64,000 bases of DNA from assembly GCA_963836075.1 (NCBI GenBank), contig CAWIIB010000009.1, forward strand, positions 800,001 through 864,000. Direction: 5' to 3'. Within the stretch, counting starts at the first letter, position 1. The number at the start of each line of letters is the position of its first letter. Below are positions 21,266 to 32,507 of this stretch, one piece after another. Position numbers and translations under genes: made by a program. The notes beneath the pieces are model-generated. The model was not told the origin of the DNA. It did not search any database and saw nothing but the letters and a program-made list of their open reading frames with translations. This DNA is from an uncultured Acidobacteriota bacterium (lineage in GTDB: Bacteria; Acidobacteriota; JAQAZP01).

Positions 21266-22441
21266 ATGGCGGATCTGAAGGATTTACGGATCGATCTGCC
21301 GGCGCCCAGGCCGGAGCGAAAGCGTGGCATATCGTGGGGAGCGCCGATCTTTGTGGTCCTGTCGGTAGCACTGCTGGTGCTGCTCTTCGGGAACCCGTTC
21401 AAGGGCGGTACCACCGAGAGCGCAGCCGGCGTCAACGGCACTGGCGGCTCCGCGGCTCCTTCCCGGCAAACGGCCGCCCAGGCGGATGCGGGGACGCCGG
21501 TGACCGATGGCGGCTTTACCGCCGGCGGCTACCTGGAAGCGATTCCGCCGGGGCCCCTGGTGGTGTCAGCGCTGATCGGCGGCCGGGTGGCATCGATCGA
21601 GGTGATCCCGGGTCAGCACGTCAGGGCCGGGGATCCGGTGGCGACCCTCGATGAGACGCAGCTCAGACAGGAATTTCAACTGCAGGTCTCCCAGGTCAGT
21701 ATCGCCCGGCGCAAGCTGGAGCTGGTCAATGCCGGGTTCCGCGGCGAAGAGATCGATGCGGCCCGGGCCGACCGGGAGAGCCATCAGGCAAAGCTGGCGC
21801 AGGCCGAGGCGGAGTTCGGGCGGATTGACGCGATGTACAAGGAAGGCGTGGTCTCGGTGAACGAGCTGGATGAGGCTCGCTCACACTACGAACAGGCGGT
21901 TGCCGACCTGGAAGCCGTGGAGGCGCGTCTGACGCTGTACCGGTCGGGATCCCGGGCAGAAGAGATCGCTCTTGCCCGGGCCGAGCTGGAAGCGGCGGAA
22001 GCAAAGCTCTCCTATATCGAGTGGGAACTGGAGCAATGTCTGGTTCTGACGCCGGTGAGCGGGCTGGTCACGGAACAGTTCACCCAGCCCGGCGCGTGGG
22101 TGGAACCGGGAACCGATGACCGGCTCTCGTCGGCGCTGGTCAGCATTCTCGACCCGACGCGGATCCAGGCCTGGGTGGATGTGAACCAGCGGGACAGCGC
22201 GGGGCTCCATATCGGCCAGCAGGCCTGGTTGACCACCGATGCCTACCCGGGGCGGAGGATCGCCGGCGAGGTGATCCAGATCATGCCGTTGGCCAACCTG
22301 CAGAAAAACACGGTCCAGGCGAAGCTGGCCATCGGAGACCCGCCGGCGGATTTCCGGCCGGAGCTGAGCGTGAAGATCGAGTTCCTGAGGGGTGCCACCA
22401 GCAGCGGCACAGCCACTTCCCAACGGGAGAAGATGCAGTGA
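21266..22441 (+). CDS. HlyD/MacA-family efflux periplasmic adaptor
   Basis: N-terminal TM, lipoyl half motif GRVASIEV.PGQHVRAGDP, coiled coil, TPVSG and DFRPELSV. Confidence 0.9.
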   Translation: MADLKDLRIDLPAPRPERKRGISWGAPIFVVLSVALLVLLFGNPFKGGTTESAAGVNGTGGSAAPSRQTAAQADAGTPVTDGGFTAGGYLEAIPPGPLVVSALIGGRVASIEVIPGQHVRAGDPVATLDETQLRQEFQLQVSQVSIARRKLELVNAGFRGEEIDAARADRESHQAKLAQAEAEFGRIDAMYKEGVVSVNELDEARSHYEQAVADLEAVEARLTLYRSGSRAEEIALARAELEAAEAKLSYIEWELEQCLVLTPVSGLVTEQFTQPGAWVEPGTDDRLSSALVSILDPTRIQAWVDVNQRDSAGLHIGQQAWLTTDAYPGRRIAGEVIQIMPLANLQKNTVQAKLAIGDPPADFRPELSVKIEFLRGATSSGTATSQREKMQ

Positions 22442-23136
22442 TGGAGCGAAACCCGACAGCGATCCAACTGCTCGATGTCACCAGGACCTACACCAAGGCC
22501 GGAAACGACGTCACCCCCCTGCAGCGGGCGAATCTTACCGTCACCGCCGGTGAGTTCGTGGTGATGATGGGCCCGTCGGGCAGCGGGAAATCAACGCTGC
22601 TCAACCTGGTGGCCGGGATCGACAAGCCGAGCAGCGGCCGGGTGGTGGTTTCCGGTGAGGATATCACCGACTTCACCGAAGACGAGCTCGCCGGGTGGCG
22701 CTCCCGCGCCATCGGATATGTTTTCCAGCAGTTCAACCTGATGCCGATCCTGACGGCGTACGAAAACGTGGAGCTGCCGCTGCTGCTGATGCCGCTCAGT
22801 GCCGCCCAGCGGCGCAAGCTGGTGGAGACCGCCCTGGAAGTGGTGGACCTGGGCGACCGGTCGGATCACTATCCGCGACAGCTCTCCGGCGGGCAGGAAC
22901 AGCGGGTGGCCATCGCCCGGGCCATCGCCACTGACCCGCAACTGATCCTGGCCGACGAGCCGACGGGAAACCTCGATCGTGACAGTGCCGAAACGGTGAT
23001 GACCATCCTGGCAAAACTGAACCGGGACTTCGGCAAGACGGTTCTGCTGGTGACCCATGATCCTCATGTGGCGGCCTTCGGCAGCCGGGTGATGCAGCTG
23101 GACAAGGGCGAGCTGAGCGAGAAAGCAGCGGGATGA
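22441..23136 (+). CDS. ABC transporter ATP-binding protein (LolD/MacB type)
   Basis: [37 protein letters not shown]. Confidence 0.95.
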   Translation: MERNPTAIQLLDVTRTYTKAGNDVTPLQRANLTVTAGEFVVMMGPSGSGKSTLLNLVAGIDKPSSGRVVVSGEDITDFTEDELAGWRSRAIGYVFQQFNLMPILTAYENVELPLLLMPLSAAQRRKLVETALEVVDLGDRSDHYPRQLSGGQEQRVAIARAIATDPQLILADEPTGNLDRDSAETVMTILAKLNRDFGKTVLLVTHDPHVAAFGSRVMQLDKGELSEKAAG

Positions 23137-24278
23137 AGTTCGTATCGCTGATCCTGAAGAACATGGTCCGCAGCAAGGTGCGTTCTTTGCTCACCTTTGT
23201 GGCGATCATGATCAGTGTCTTCATCTTCGCCTCCCTGCTCAGCCTGGATAATGGCGTGCAGCAGATGATCAAATCCACCGGCGGTGACCAGATACTGATC
23301 GTCTTCGAGAAGTACAAAGCCTGTCCGCCGTACAGCCGGCTGCCGGTGCACTACGCCGACCAGATCGAACAGCTGCCCCACGTGACCTCGGTGATGCCGG
23401 TGCGCTTTCTGCTTTCCTTCTGCGGCACCACCACCGACCTGGTGTCGATACACGGCATCGAGCCCGACCGGCTGCGCCGGTTCCGGAAGCTGGACCTGCC
23501 GGATGAGCACTACGAGGCCTTTGCCGGTGAACGGGGCGCGGCCATCGTGGGCCGCAACATCGCGGCCAAGTATGGCTGGCAGGTCGGGCAGCAGGTGACG
23601 CTGCCGCAGCTGCGGGGGATCAGCTTCACGGTGCGCGGGATCTACGACGCCCCGGGCAGCAGCCTGGAAGAGGTGGTGCTGGTGGACCGGGAGTATCTCG
23701 AAACCACGATCAACGAAATCGGCGTGACCACCATGTTTCTCGTCGAAGTGGATGATCCGGCCCGGCTCGGCACAACGGGGGCGATCATCGACGGGATGAC
23801 CGCCAACTCTGACAAGCAGACCAAGAGCGGCCCCGAGCGGGGGTTCATCTCCGATCAGATCTCGGGATTCAAGGAGCTGGTTCACTTTTCACAGCTGGTG
23901 GCCTACGCGGCGCTGCTGATGCTGCTGGCGGCAGTGGCCAACAGCGTCTCGATGAGCGTGCGGGAACGGCTGCGGGAAACGGCGGTGATGAAGCTGCTCG
24001 GCTTTGACCGCCGCCAGGTGGCGCGACTGATACTGGTGGAGACGGCGCTGCTGGGACTTCTGGCGGCGCTGGTTGGCGTGGGCTTTGCCTGGCTGGTGGT
24101 GACCCTGGGCCACGTGTCGATCAGCGTGGAAGGGTTCACCATGTACCCCACCCTCACCTGGCGCATCGCCACCGGAGCGGTGGCGGTGGGGCTGATCCTG
24201 ACCACCGTGGCCACCTGGCTGCCGGCCCTGGGCAATGCGCGACGGCCGATCATCGATGCGCTGAGAGGGGTGGACTGA
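23133..24278 (+). CDS. ABC transporter permease (MacB/FtsX family)
   Basis: RSLLT N-terminal TM, periplasmic domain, ERLRETAVMKLLG and C-terminal TMs. Confidence 0.9.
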   Translation: MKFVSLILKNMVRSKVRSLLTFVAIMISVFIFASLLSLDNGVQQMIKSTGGDQILIVFEKYKACPPYSRLPVHYADQIEQLPHVTSVMPVRFLLSFCGTTTDLVSIHGIEPDRLRRFRKLDLPDEHYEAFAGERGAAIVGRNIAAKYGWQVGQQVTLPQLRGISFTVRGIYDAPGSSLEEVVLVDREYLETTINEIGVTTMFLVEVDDPARLGTTGAIIDGMTANSDKQTKSGPERGFISDQISGFKELVHFSQLVAYAALLMLLAAVANSVSMSVRERLRETAVMKLLGFDRRQVARLILVETALLGLLAALVGVGFAWLVVTLGHVSISVEGFTMYPTLTWRIATGAVAVGLILTTVATWLPALGNARRPIIDALRGVD

Positions 24279-24279
24279 G

Positions 24280-25434
24280 ATGCGGCTGCCGCTGAAATAC
24301 AATCTGAAATCGATCATGCAGCGCCCGGTGCGCAGTCTGCTGGCCGTGCTGGGCATCGGAATGGCGATCAGTCTGTCGGTGATCATGATGGGATTGACCC
24401 AGGGGCTGATCGGTTCGACGGCGGCCACGGGGGATGAGCGAAACGTGCTGGTGCTCAGCAAGGGCGCCGAATCGGTCGAGTTCAGTGCCCTCGATCCCCA
24501 GGTGCTGCACATCTTCGGTGCTGCCAGCGGAGTATCCACTACCGATGGAGAGGCGCTGGCCAGTCCCGAAGTCTACATCAACTCCCTGGTTTCCCTGGCC
24601 GGTAGCGACGCCACGCCGGTGCCGGTGATCACCCGGGGCGTGCGGGAGGTGGCCTATGCCGTGCATCCCCAGATCAGGGTGGTGCACGGCCGGGCGCCGC
24701 GGCGGGGGTTCGAGGTTGCCGTGGGCCCCCTGGTGGCCACACGACTTGGTTTGACCGAAGGGCAACTGAATATCGGTGACCGGCTGCAGTTCGAGGGAGA
24801 GAGCTGGGAGATTACCGGGATGCTCAGTGCGCCGGGGACGGCCCACGAATCGGAGATCTGGGCGCCCCTGGAAGACCTGATGGTGGCGTCGAAGAGGACT
24901 GACTACTCGATGCTGGTGCTGCAGACCGAAGACGTGGAGAGTCGGGATGCGCTGCTCTTCGACCTGAGAACACGGACCGATGTTCGCACCACCTGTCATG
25001 CCGAGGCCGAGTATTACGGCAGCGAGGCGGAGCGGCTGAAGCCGCTGCAGGCGGTGACGCTGGTGATGACGGTGATGCTCGTCTTCGGCGGGCTGATGGC
25101 CGGGATGAACACGATGTACACCAGCGTGATGGGCCGGGTGCGGGAGATGGCGGTGCTGCAGGTGACCGGGTACCGCCGGCGTGACGTGCTGGCCGGTTTC
25201 CTGTTAGAAGGCGTGGTGCTCAGCCTGGTCGGCGGGCTGGCGGGCTGTCTGGCCGGACTGCTGGTGAACGGGCTGCCGATGAAGTTTTCCATGAGCGCCT
25301 TTCGGTTTCAGGTGGATGGGAACGTGATGGCCGTCGGGTTTATGATGGCGATGGCCATAGGTGTTATCGGCACGCTGGTGCCGGTGATGAGAATCGCACG
25401 ACAGCAAATCGCTGAAGGATTGCGGGCGAACTAG
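24280..25434 (+). CDS. ABC transporter permease (MacB/FtsX family)
   Basis: Same architecture; NTMYTSVMGRVREMAVLQVTG. Confidence 0.9.
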   Translation: MRLPLKYNLKSIMQRPVRSLLAVLGIGMAISLSVIMMGLTQGLIGSTAATGDERNVLVLSKGAESVEFSALDPQVLHIFGAASGVSTTDGEALASPEVYINSLVSLAGSDATPVPVITRGVREVAYAVHPQIRVVHGRAPRRGFEVAVGPLVATRLGLTEGQLNIGDRLQFEGESWEITGMLSAPGTAHESEIWAPLEDLMVASKRTDYSMLVLQTEDVESRDALLFDLRTRTDVRTTCHAEAEYYGSEAERLKPLQAVTLVMTVMLVFGGLMAGMNTMYTSVMGRVREMAVLQVTGYRRRDVLAGFLLEGVVLSLVGGLAGCLAGLLVNGLPMKFSMSAFRFQVDGNVMAVGFMMAMAIGVIGTLVPVMRIARQQIAEGLRAN

Positions 25435-25478
25435 TCGCCACTGAAAAGGCGGCACGACCGCTTTGGAAAGATGGAGCA

Positions 25479-25982
25479 ATGAACAGATTGAAAAACGTGT
25501 TGGCCCTTGGTCTGGTGATGAGCGTGCTGGTGATCTGCTCCTGCGGAGGGGGGGGAAGCGATACGGCCACGACGGACCCTGAAACTGCTGCGGCCGTCAG
25601 CTATACACCCCTCGCCGGCGGAACGCTGTCTGTTGATGGTTCCGGCGCCGTGCCGATTATCAGCGTTGCCCAGCTGGACAAGGATCCCGGATCCTTTGCC
25701 GGAACGGTGGCCATCGAAGGCAAGGTCTCGGAGCGGTTCGAAGACCGGTTCGCCTTCATCATGGTTGATTGCGCGCGAATGGACGGTTGTGCCAGTGACT
25801 GCTGTTCCCCGGCAACGGTGCCGATCCGGCTGGCGCGGAGCGAGTATCGCGGCGAGCTGCCGGCGCTGAAGGACAATGTGATCGTGGTGGGGGCGCTGAA
25901 GGTTACCGAAACGGGATACGAGCTGGAGGTTGCCCAGGTTCGGCGTGGTGAAGACACCCTGCTGGAGAAGAAGGGCAGCTGA
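25479..25982 (+). CDS. Lipoprotein, OB-fold-like, with Cys cluster
   Basis: Lipobox ICSC; ISVAQL...GTVAIEGKV; DCARMDGCASDCC. Confidence 0.75.
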   Translation: MNRLKNVLALGLVMSVLVICSCGGGGSDTATTDPETAAAVSYTPLAGGTLSVDGSGAVPIISVAQLDKDPGSFAGTVAIEGKVSERFEDRFAFIMVDCARMDGCASDCCSPATVPIRLARSEYRGELPALKDNVIVVGALKVTETGYELEVAQVRRGEDTLLEKKGS

Positions 25983-26244
25983 CATCACCACCGCCGGGGT
26001 CGGTGCCTGCTGCTGGAAGTTTGTGGTGAAACGAGCTTATGCGCGTACCAGGCTACCGGCTCACCTTCGTTGTTGTGACTCCCTCAGCAGTGCCCACAGT
26101 CCCCATGCCCCCCATGAGGCAATCACAGACACACGATCCGAAACATAGGGTCGAAGCAAGAGCGTAGCTTCTGCTGGCAAAGCAGGGCGCTCATTCGGTG
26201 AATCTGCTGGTTCGGATTCTTGTATCATCACACACTTCCTCGAT

Positions 26245-27429
26245 TCAATGAGGCAGCACTACTCCTGAAGGTTGGAGCTGGGCCGGGGCAGTGTCGATAT
26301 CCTCAAGTTGCTCATCCTCTTTCCACTGACGCAATTCGTCTGAGGACGCAGGGTTTGCTCCAGTGAGCAAATCCAGTAGCCTATAGTAGTTATCCCTGTG
26401 TACATTATGGCGCGGGCCACCGGTGGATGACCAGAACGTCTTGTGCGCGACGACCATGTCCAACTCGGGCAGGACGGTTATCCACTGACCGTGTGCGCCA
26501 GCGGCGGTGTAAGCACTTTTGTAAGGCCCGGTCGCAAACGAACCATCCCAAACCCACCACATGTAACCATAACCGAATCTCCCAGACTGCATGAACTCTG
26601 GATGCTGTTCTGAGATTGGAATCACCACCCTCGTGCTGCACTTCACCCAATCAGCCGGGATGATCTGACGATCCCGCCATCTGCCGTCCCTCAGCATCAG
26701 ATAACCGAGCCGTGCCATGTCTTGCGTCGAAAGAAACATGGTGTAGGCTGGATACTGCGAGTTTTCAGGCTTTTCATCCTTCTGTTGTCTCTCACGATCG
26801 AAATCCTGCATCCCGATTGGAATCGCCAGATCATTGTGCAGGGCATCGTAAATGTCCTTGCCCGTCATCCTTTCGAATACAGCGCCAGCCGCATTGAAAT
26901 CCCAATTGTTGTAAAGCCAGTAGTTTCCCGGTTCCTGGCTACCACGTTCAGGTGCGTATTCGAGCAGATCCCCGTCATTCGAAGCAAGGTGATAAACGCC
27001 TGAGCGTGCCGTGATCAGATCAAACACCCTTGCCCGCTCTTCAATCGGCAACAGCCCGCCGACATCCGACATGCCGAGTTCCTTCAGTGTTGCATCGAGA
27101 CGGATCACCCCGTTTGTGACATAAGGTCCATACAGCATCGATAGCACGCTTTTACGCACGGAGGCGACGTAACTGACCTCGGCCACATCCCCATACTGGT
27201 ACACAACCTTGCCACTTTTCACGACCATGAGACCGGTCGTTTCGAGTGTGCGAACGAATGCGCTCACTTCACTGACTAACTTTGGCGAGAGGGTCGACGG
27301 GTTCTGTTCCCAATTTGCCCCAGGAAAGATCCGCTTTGGAGAAGTCGTGCAACCCGTTCCACTAAGGAACAACAAGGCCGCTAAACTGTAAGCGCATAGC
27401 GCACCGAAAAGAACCCTCCGATTTCGCAT
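26245..27429 (-). CDS. Serine hydrolase, beta-lactamase/AmpC-like family (cassette-like)
   Basis: SVRK (SxxK), YNN, LITARSG and TAAGAHGQ. Likely ATG at 27429 with a lipoprotein-like signal; lower GC. Confidence 0.88.
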   Translation of the reverse strand: MRNRRVLFGALCAYSLAALLFLSGTGCTTSPKRIFPGANWEQNPSTLSPKLVSEVSAFVRTLETTGLMVVKSGKVVYQYGDVAEVSYVASVRKSVLSMLYGPYVTNGVIRLDATLKELGMSDVGGLLPIEERARVFDLITARSGVYHLASNDGDLLEYAPERGSQEPGNYWLYNNWDFNAAGAVFERMTGKDIYDALHNDLAIPIGMQDFDRERQQKDEKPENSQYPAYTMFLSTQDMARLGYLMLRDGRWRDRQIIPADWVKCSTRVVIPISEQHPEFMQSGRFGYGYMWWVWDGSFATGPYKSAYTAAGAHGQWITVLPELDMVVAHKTFWSSTGGPRHNVHRDNYYRLLDLLTGANPASSDELRQWKEDEQLEDIDTAPAQLQPSGVVLPH

Positions 27430-27450
27430 AAAGGATATGGCTCCAATTTT

Positions 27451-27532
27451 GCCGAACGTCTTGAATGAACCGCTTCGGGTTGGCCGCGCTTCTGTGCGGC
27501 TAATCCGAAGCGGTTCATTCAAGACGTTGGGC
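27451..27532 (-). mobile_element. attC-like palindromic site between two cassette-like ORFs
   Basis: Minus strand GCCCAAC gtcttgaatgaaccgcttcgg...ccgaagcggttcattcaagac GTTCGGC. Lies 11 bp after the stop at 27544 and 21 bp before the next ATG. Confidence 0.7.
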
Positions 27533-27543
27533 AGTCAGTTCTT

Positions 27544-27822
27544 TCACTCAATCGGGCCAGAGACGATTCCTTCGACCCCTGCCTTAGCTTTCTCAACATT
27601 ATTGTAGTATCCACCACCTTTGTCGAACGTGCAGCCACCACCCGGATTTTCGTACCACACTGAAACGCATGGCATGATCTTGTCCTCTGCTTTGGGACCA
27701 TCCTCTGGATCAGAGAATGCAGGCCAGACCTCCTCTTTCTGGATGACAATATGACACGGTATCGTTCCGTCGTACATCCATGTGCCTCGTGCAACGATTC
27801 TTTTGGGATCTGGTTCCATCAT
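27544..27822 (-). CDS. Hypothetical protein, gene-cassette-like
   Basis: 92-aa lower-GC ORF (IVARGTWMYDGTIPC...). GTTGGGC core site at 27828-27834 directly upstream, attC-like site downstream. Confidence 0.7.
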   Translation of the reverse strand: MMEPDPKRIVARGTWMYDGTIPCHIVIQKEEVWPAFSDPEDGPKAEDKIMPCVSVWYENPGGGCTFDKGGGYYNNVEKAKAGVEGIVSGPIE

Positions 27823-27961
27823 CTTCGGCCCAACCACTGATTAACTGGAATTCCGTATATGCAGATCCATGCAGTGCTGGAGGTTTCTTTCAAAGCCTTG
27901 GACGTCTTGGTTCGTTATTGGCATGAGAGCGGTGTAACCTTCAAGGAATCTTTTGCTTATG

Positions 27962-29041
27962 CTACACGCAGAGCAGGCCGTCCCTGATGGCCGTCTTCCT
28001 CGTTCCGTCCGGAAAGATAAAGTCGAGCCGAGCGCAGACGATTGGGTTGCCCCGGGCATAGACGATGTCCACGTGACACACCTTGTCGGGTGAGGAGAAG
28101 TCCTCGACACCCACCGTGCCGCCAAGGTGATCGCTTCTGCCATAGGCCCAGTGGAAGCCCGCCTTCTCGTCCTCGAGAATATTGCCGGTGACGACGGCCT
28201 TGTCGTTGCAGCCGATGGCAACCTCGGCAATGTTGCTCACCGCCGCCTCCTCGCGACACTCCTGCCGCTTCTTCGCGGCAATCGGCCCATCCCCCCTGAC
28301 GTCGATGATCCGGTTGTTCCTCACGAGGAACACGACGGTCTCGTCGCCGAAGACAGCGGGGATCTCGCCGGCCGTGCGGCTGTCCTCCGCCTCGTTCGGG
28401 CAGGTACAGACCTCTCCGGCAGGGAGGTTCGAGAGTCGGATGACGTCATCGCCGGCATCCGGGTGCAGCTGGCCGTTGTCCTGGAAGACCGCGTTGCGGT
28501 CCGAAACATCGAAGTAGCAGGTGTGCCCGGTCGAGAAGGTCACTTCGACGCCGTCCGCCCTCTCGAAAAACGGCGCGATCCTGGCACACACCGCATCCAC
28601 ATGCCCGTAGTCGGCGGAGAGCGCAGTCTCTTCCATGGACCTGGCGACCGTCGGCATGCTGGCGGCGCGCAGGTTCGGGAAGGCCTTGGTGAAGCCGAGC
28701 AGCGGCGCCGAGGCCGAATACTGGGGCATCGAAATCACGATCGTGGAATCCCTGATGACGTCTTCGAGACGAATTCTCTCGCTGCCGCACTTCCCGTATT
28801 CCGGCATATCGGCATTGTGAGACCCGGTTGCTTCGTAGGTGACGATGGGGTTGACGGTCACACCGTAGCCCCTGGCGAAGCCCGCGATCTGCCGGTGCCA
28901 GTCATCCGCCATCTCCCGGCGGTCCCGCCATTCCTCGCGGTCTTGAATCCCACCGTACGGCAGGTCGTGGATGATCGTCACCACATCCCCGCTCCGGGGA
29001 GCGAACACGTCCACGAACAGTTTTTCGAGCTCAAAGGCCAT
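27962..29041 (-). CDS. Aminopeptidase-like metalloprotease (M29/thermophilic metalloprotease-related)
   Basis: SNLPAGEV, NIAEVAIGCN, GNILEDEKAGFHWAYGRSDHLGG, HVDIV. ATG at 29041 follows GGAGG. Confidence 0.8.
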   Translation of the reverse strand: MAFELEKLFVDVFAPRSGDVVTIIHDLPYGGIQDREEWRDRREMADDWHRQIAGFARGYGVTVNPIVTYEATGSHNADMPEYGKCGSERIRLEDVIRDSTIVISMPQYSASAPLLGFTKAFPNLRAASMPTVARSMEETALSADYGHVDAVCARIAPFFERADGVEVTFSTGHTCYFDVSDRNAVFQDNGQLHPDAGDDVIRLSNLPAGEVCTCPNEAEDSRTAGEIPAVFGDETVVFLVRNNRIIDVRGDGPIAAKKRQECREEAAVSNIAEVAIGCNDKAVVTGNILEDEKAGFHWAYGRSDHLGGTVGVEDFSSPDKVCHVDIVYARGNPIVCARLDFIFPDGTRKTAIRDGLLCV

Positions 29042-29111
29042 GAGTGGCACCTCCTGTGGTCAATGTAGCGCATGCGGGGCTCATCTTCAACGCTGTTGTG
29101 AAAACCAAAAA

Positions 29112-29180
29112 TGGGGACGATTACCTGTTTCCGTTCAAGCTGCAGAATCAATTGTTTACGGAAACAGGTAAGCGTCCCCA
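29112..29180. repeat. GGGGAC-ended palindromic element (22/23-bp arms)
   Basis: tggggacgattacctgtttccgt ... acggaaacaggtaagcgtcccca. Confidence 0.8.
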
Positions 29181-29188
29181 CTTCCAAA

Positions 29189-29256
29189 GGTAGCAAAATC
29201 GCTACCCGAAGGGCTCCGGTTCGTGATATGATCGCAGGGTAGCAATATTGCTACCC
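29189..29256. promoter_or_regulatory. Pair of GGTAGC-N6-GCTACC palindromes (candidate autoregulatory operator)
   Basis: ggtagcaaaatcgctacc (29189-29206) and perfect gggtagcaatattgctaccc (29237-29256). Same motif pair at 37093-37144. Confidence 0.7.
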
Positions 29257-29271
29257 GGAGGATGCCGACTG

Positions 29272-30600
<1,329 letters not shown>

Positions 30601-30681
30601 GTCCGGCACAATCACTTGCACCCGGCAATCGAGTCTGTCACGCTTGCCGGCGAATCAGGTGTTGGACCGACTGGAAAAGGT

Positions 30682-32484
30682 GTGTATATCTTGACTGGCT
30701 CATGTCTTTTCAGATCTGTTTTTTACATTGTGCTGGTCATTGCCTCACCCGTTTCCTGCTCGACCTTCGCCCAATCCGCCACTCCATTTACCGCCAACAC
30801 ACACGATCTCTCTCAGGAATTTTCCAGCAGCATCCAGCACTGGTATTACGAAACCGGGGATGGCGCAACCCTGTCCATCGGCGATCTGGATCTGGCCCGG
30901 TGGAAACACCTCGCCGATCAGCCCGATGGCGAACATCGGCCCGGGATTCAATGGTATCGCGCGGATATTCAATTAGAGGGCACCCAAAATGAATTCGATA
31001 TCCTTGCCCTATCCGTACGGGGACTGGTATCGGCCTTTGAATTGTATTGGGATGGTGATCTGGTTGGTGCAGGCGGCGAGGTTGCCGACGCTCTGGAAGA
31101 TGAAGTTCCAGGCCCGATGAAAAAGATCGTCAGGCTGAGAAGAGATCAGACTGATCCCGGACATCACACGATTGCCATCCGGCTCTCCAATTTTCACACG
31201 GAGCGCAAAGATCCTTTGGGAAGAATCGAGATCGGGTATCACCACAACTTTCTCAATGATTCTTCCTATAAAAGCGTATCCCGTGTATTTGTCGGGGGCG
31301 CATCTCTCATAACCGGCCTCTTTTGTCTCGCCATGTTTTTTGCCGGCAGCCGCCACCGTTCGTATCTGCTCTTTGCCCTGTACTGCTTCATCACTCTGCT
31401 CTTTGATCTTATTACGATCTTCAATTTATACAATGACATCAACGTTGAATACATCCACTTGATAATCTGGCTGGTTCAATACGGCATGATCGTGTCCATG
31501 TTCTTTTTCGTCACCTTTGTCATATATACATACGAGATCCCGAAAACAGTCTTTGTCGTTCTCTTCACAACCCTGGTGTTCATGCTTGTACTCGGGCTGC
31601 AGTCAAGCGATCCGAATCGTCTTCTCTCTTATACCGAGGTATTGCCGGTCCTGGCCGGAGTGCTTCTTCTGTACAGCATATACAGGAAAACCACTGGTAG
31701 TGTTGCGGCCTTCATCGGTCTGATCATCTGGCGGGTCTGCAAGTATCCACATCTCTTTACCCAGTCGATAGAAGGCCACGTGCTCCTCTATATCGCCAGC
31801 GATATTGTCTTTCTGTTTTGCATCATCCTATCCATCAGCCGAATAATTCATGCACAAGACAGGCAGTTGCAGGAAATCAAGCTGCACTCATCCCGCCTGG
31901 AAGTTGACCTGCTGAAGAAAAATATTCAGCCCCATTTTATTCTGAATACCCTGCAGTCGATCATGAGCTGGATCAAGAAGAAGCCGGAAAATGCCTATCA
32001 GCTTATTGAAGCGCTGGCTGAAGAATTCAGAATGGTCAACCGTATTGCTGACAAGAAACTGATCCCCCTTCATCAGGAAATTGACCTGTGCAAAACACAT
32101 CTAACGCTCATGGGCCTTAGAATGGGCTCGACGTATGAGCTGGTAACCGACGGGTTGTCTGAAGAGGCACAAGTTCCCCCGATGATATTCCACACCCTCA
32201 TCGAAAATTCACTCACCCATTCCTTCAAATCGCAGGAAAGCGGTACGATCCGGCTGACCTGTGAGAGCGATGAACGGCGGACGGTCTATCACTTGTCCAA
32301 TAAGGGCTCACGGCTGGGAGAGATGTCCCGAAAGCTGGAAGAGGAGATCCATGAGGGCATGGGATTGAAATATATCAAGGCGCGGCTGAATGAGAGTTTT
32401 GCTGACAACTGGAGTCTGGACTCCACCCTGGACGGTGGGCAATGGAAGGTCACCATTGCCATCGAGCATCCTGCTTCCACTTGA
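30682..32484 (+). CDS. LytS/YehU-type membrane sensor histidine kinase
   Basis: Extracellular beta domain, multiple TMs, IQPHFILNTL, PPMIFHTLIENSLTH and GMGLKYIKARL. Start uncertain; lower GC. Confidence 0.88.
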   Translation: MYILTGSCLFRSVFYIVLVIASPVSCSTFAQSATPFTANTHDLSQEFSSSIQHWYYETGDGATLSIGDLDLARWKHLADQPDGEHRPGIQWYRADIQLEGTQNEFDILALSVRGLVSAFELYWDGDLVGAGGEVADALEDEVPGPMKKIVRLRRDQTDPGHHTIAIRLSNFHTERKDPLGRIEIGYHHNFLNDSSYKSVSRVFVGGASLITGLFCLAMFFAGSRHRSYLLFALYCFITLLFDLITIFNLYNDINVEYIHLIIWLVQYGMIVSMFFFVTFVIYTYEIPKTVFVVLFTTLVFMLVLGLQSSDPNRLLSYTEVLPVLAGVLLLYSIYRKTTGSVAAFIGLIIWRVCKYPHLFTQSIEGHVLLYIASDIVFLFCIILSISRIIHAQDRQLQEIKLHSSRLEVDLLKKNIQPHFILNTLQSIMSWIKKKPENAYQLIEALAEEFRMVNRIADKKLIPLHQEIDLCKTHLTLMGLRMGSTYELVTDGLSEEAQVPPMIFHTLIENSLTHSFKSQESGTIRLTCESDERRTVYHLSNKGSRLGEMSRKLEEEIHEGMGLKYIKARLNESFADNWSLDSTLDGGQWKVTIAIEHPAST

Positions 32485-32507
32485 ACCCTGGAAACTTGCA
32501 GATGCCA

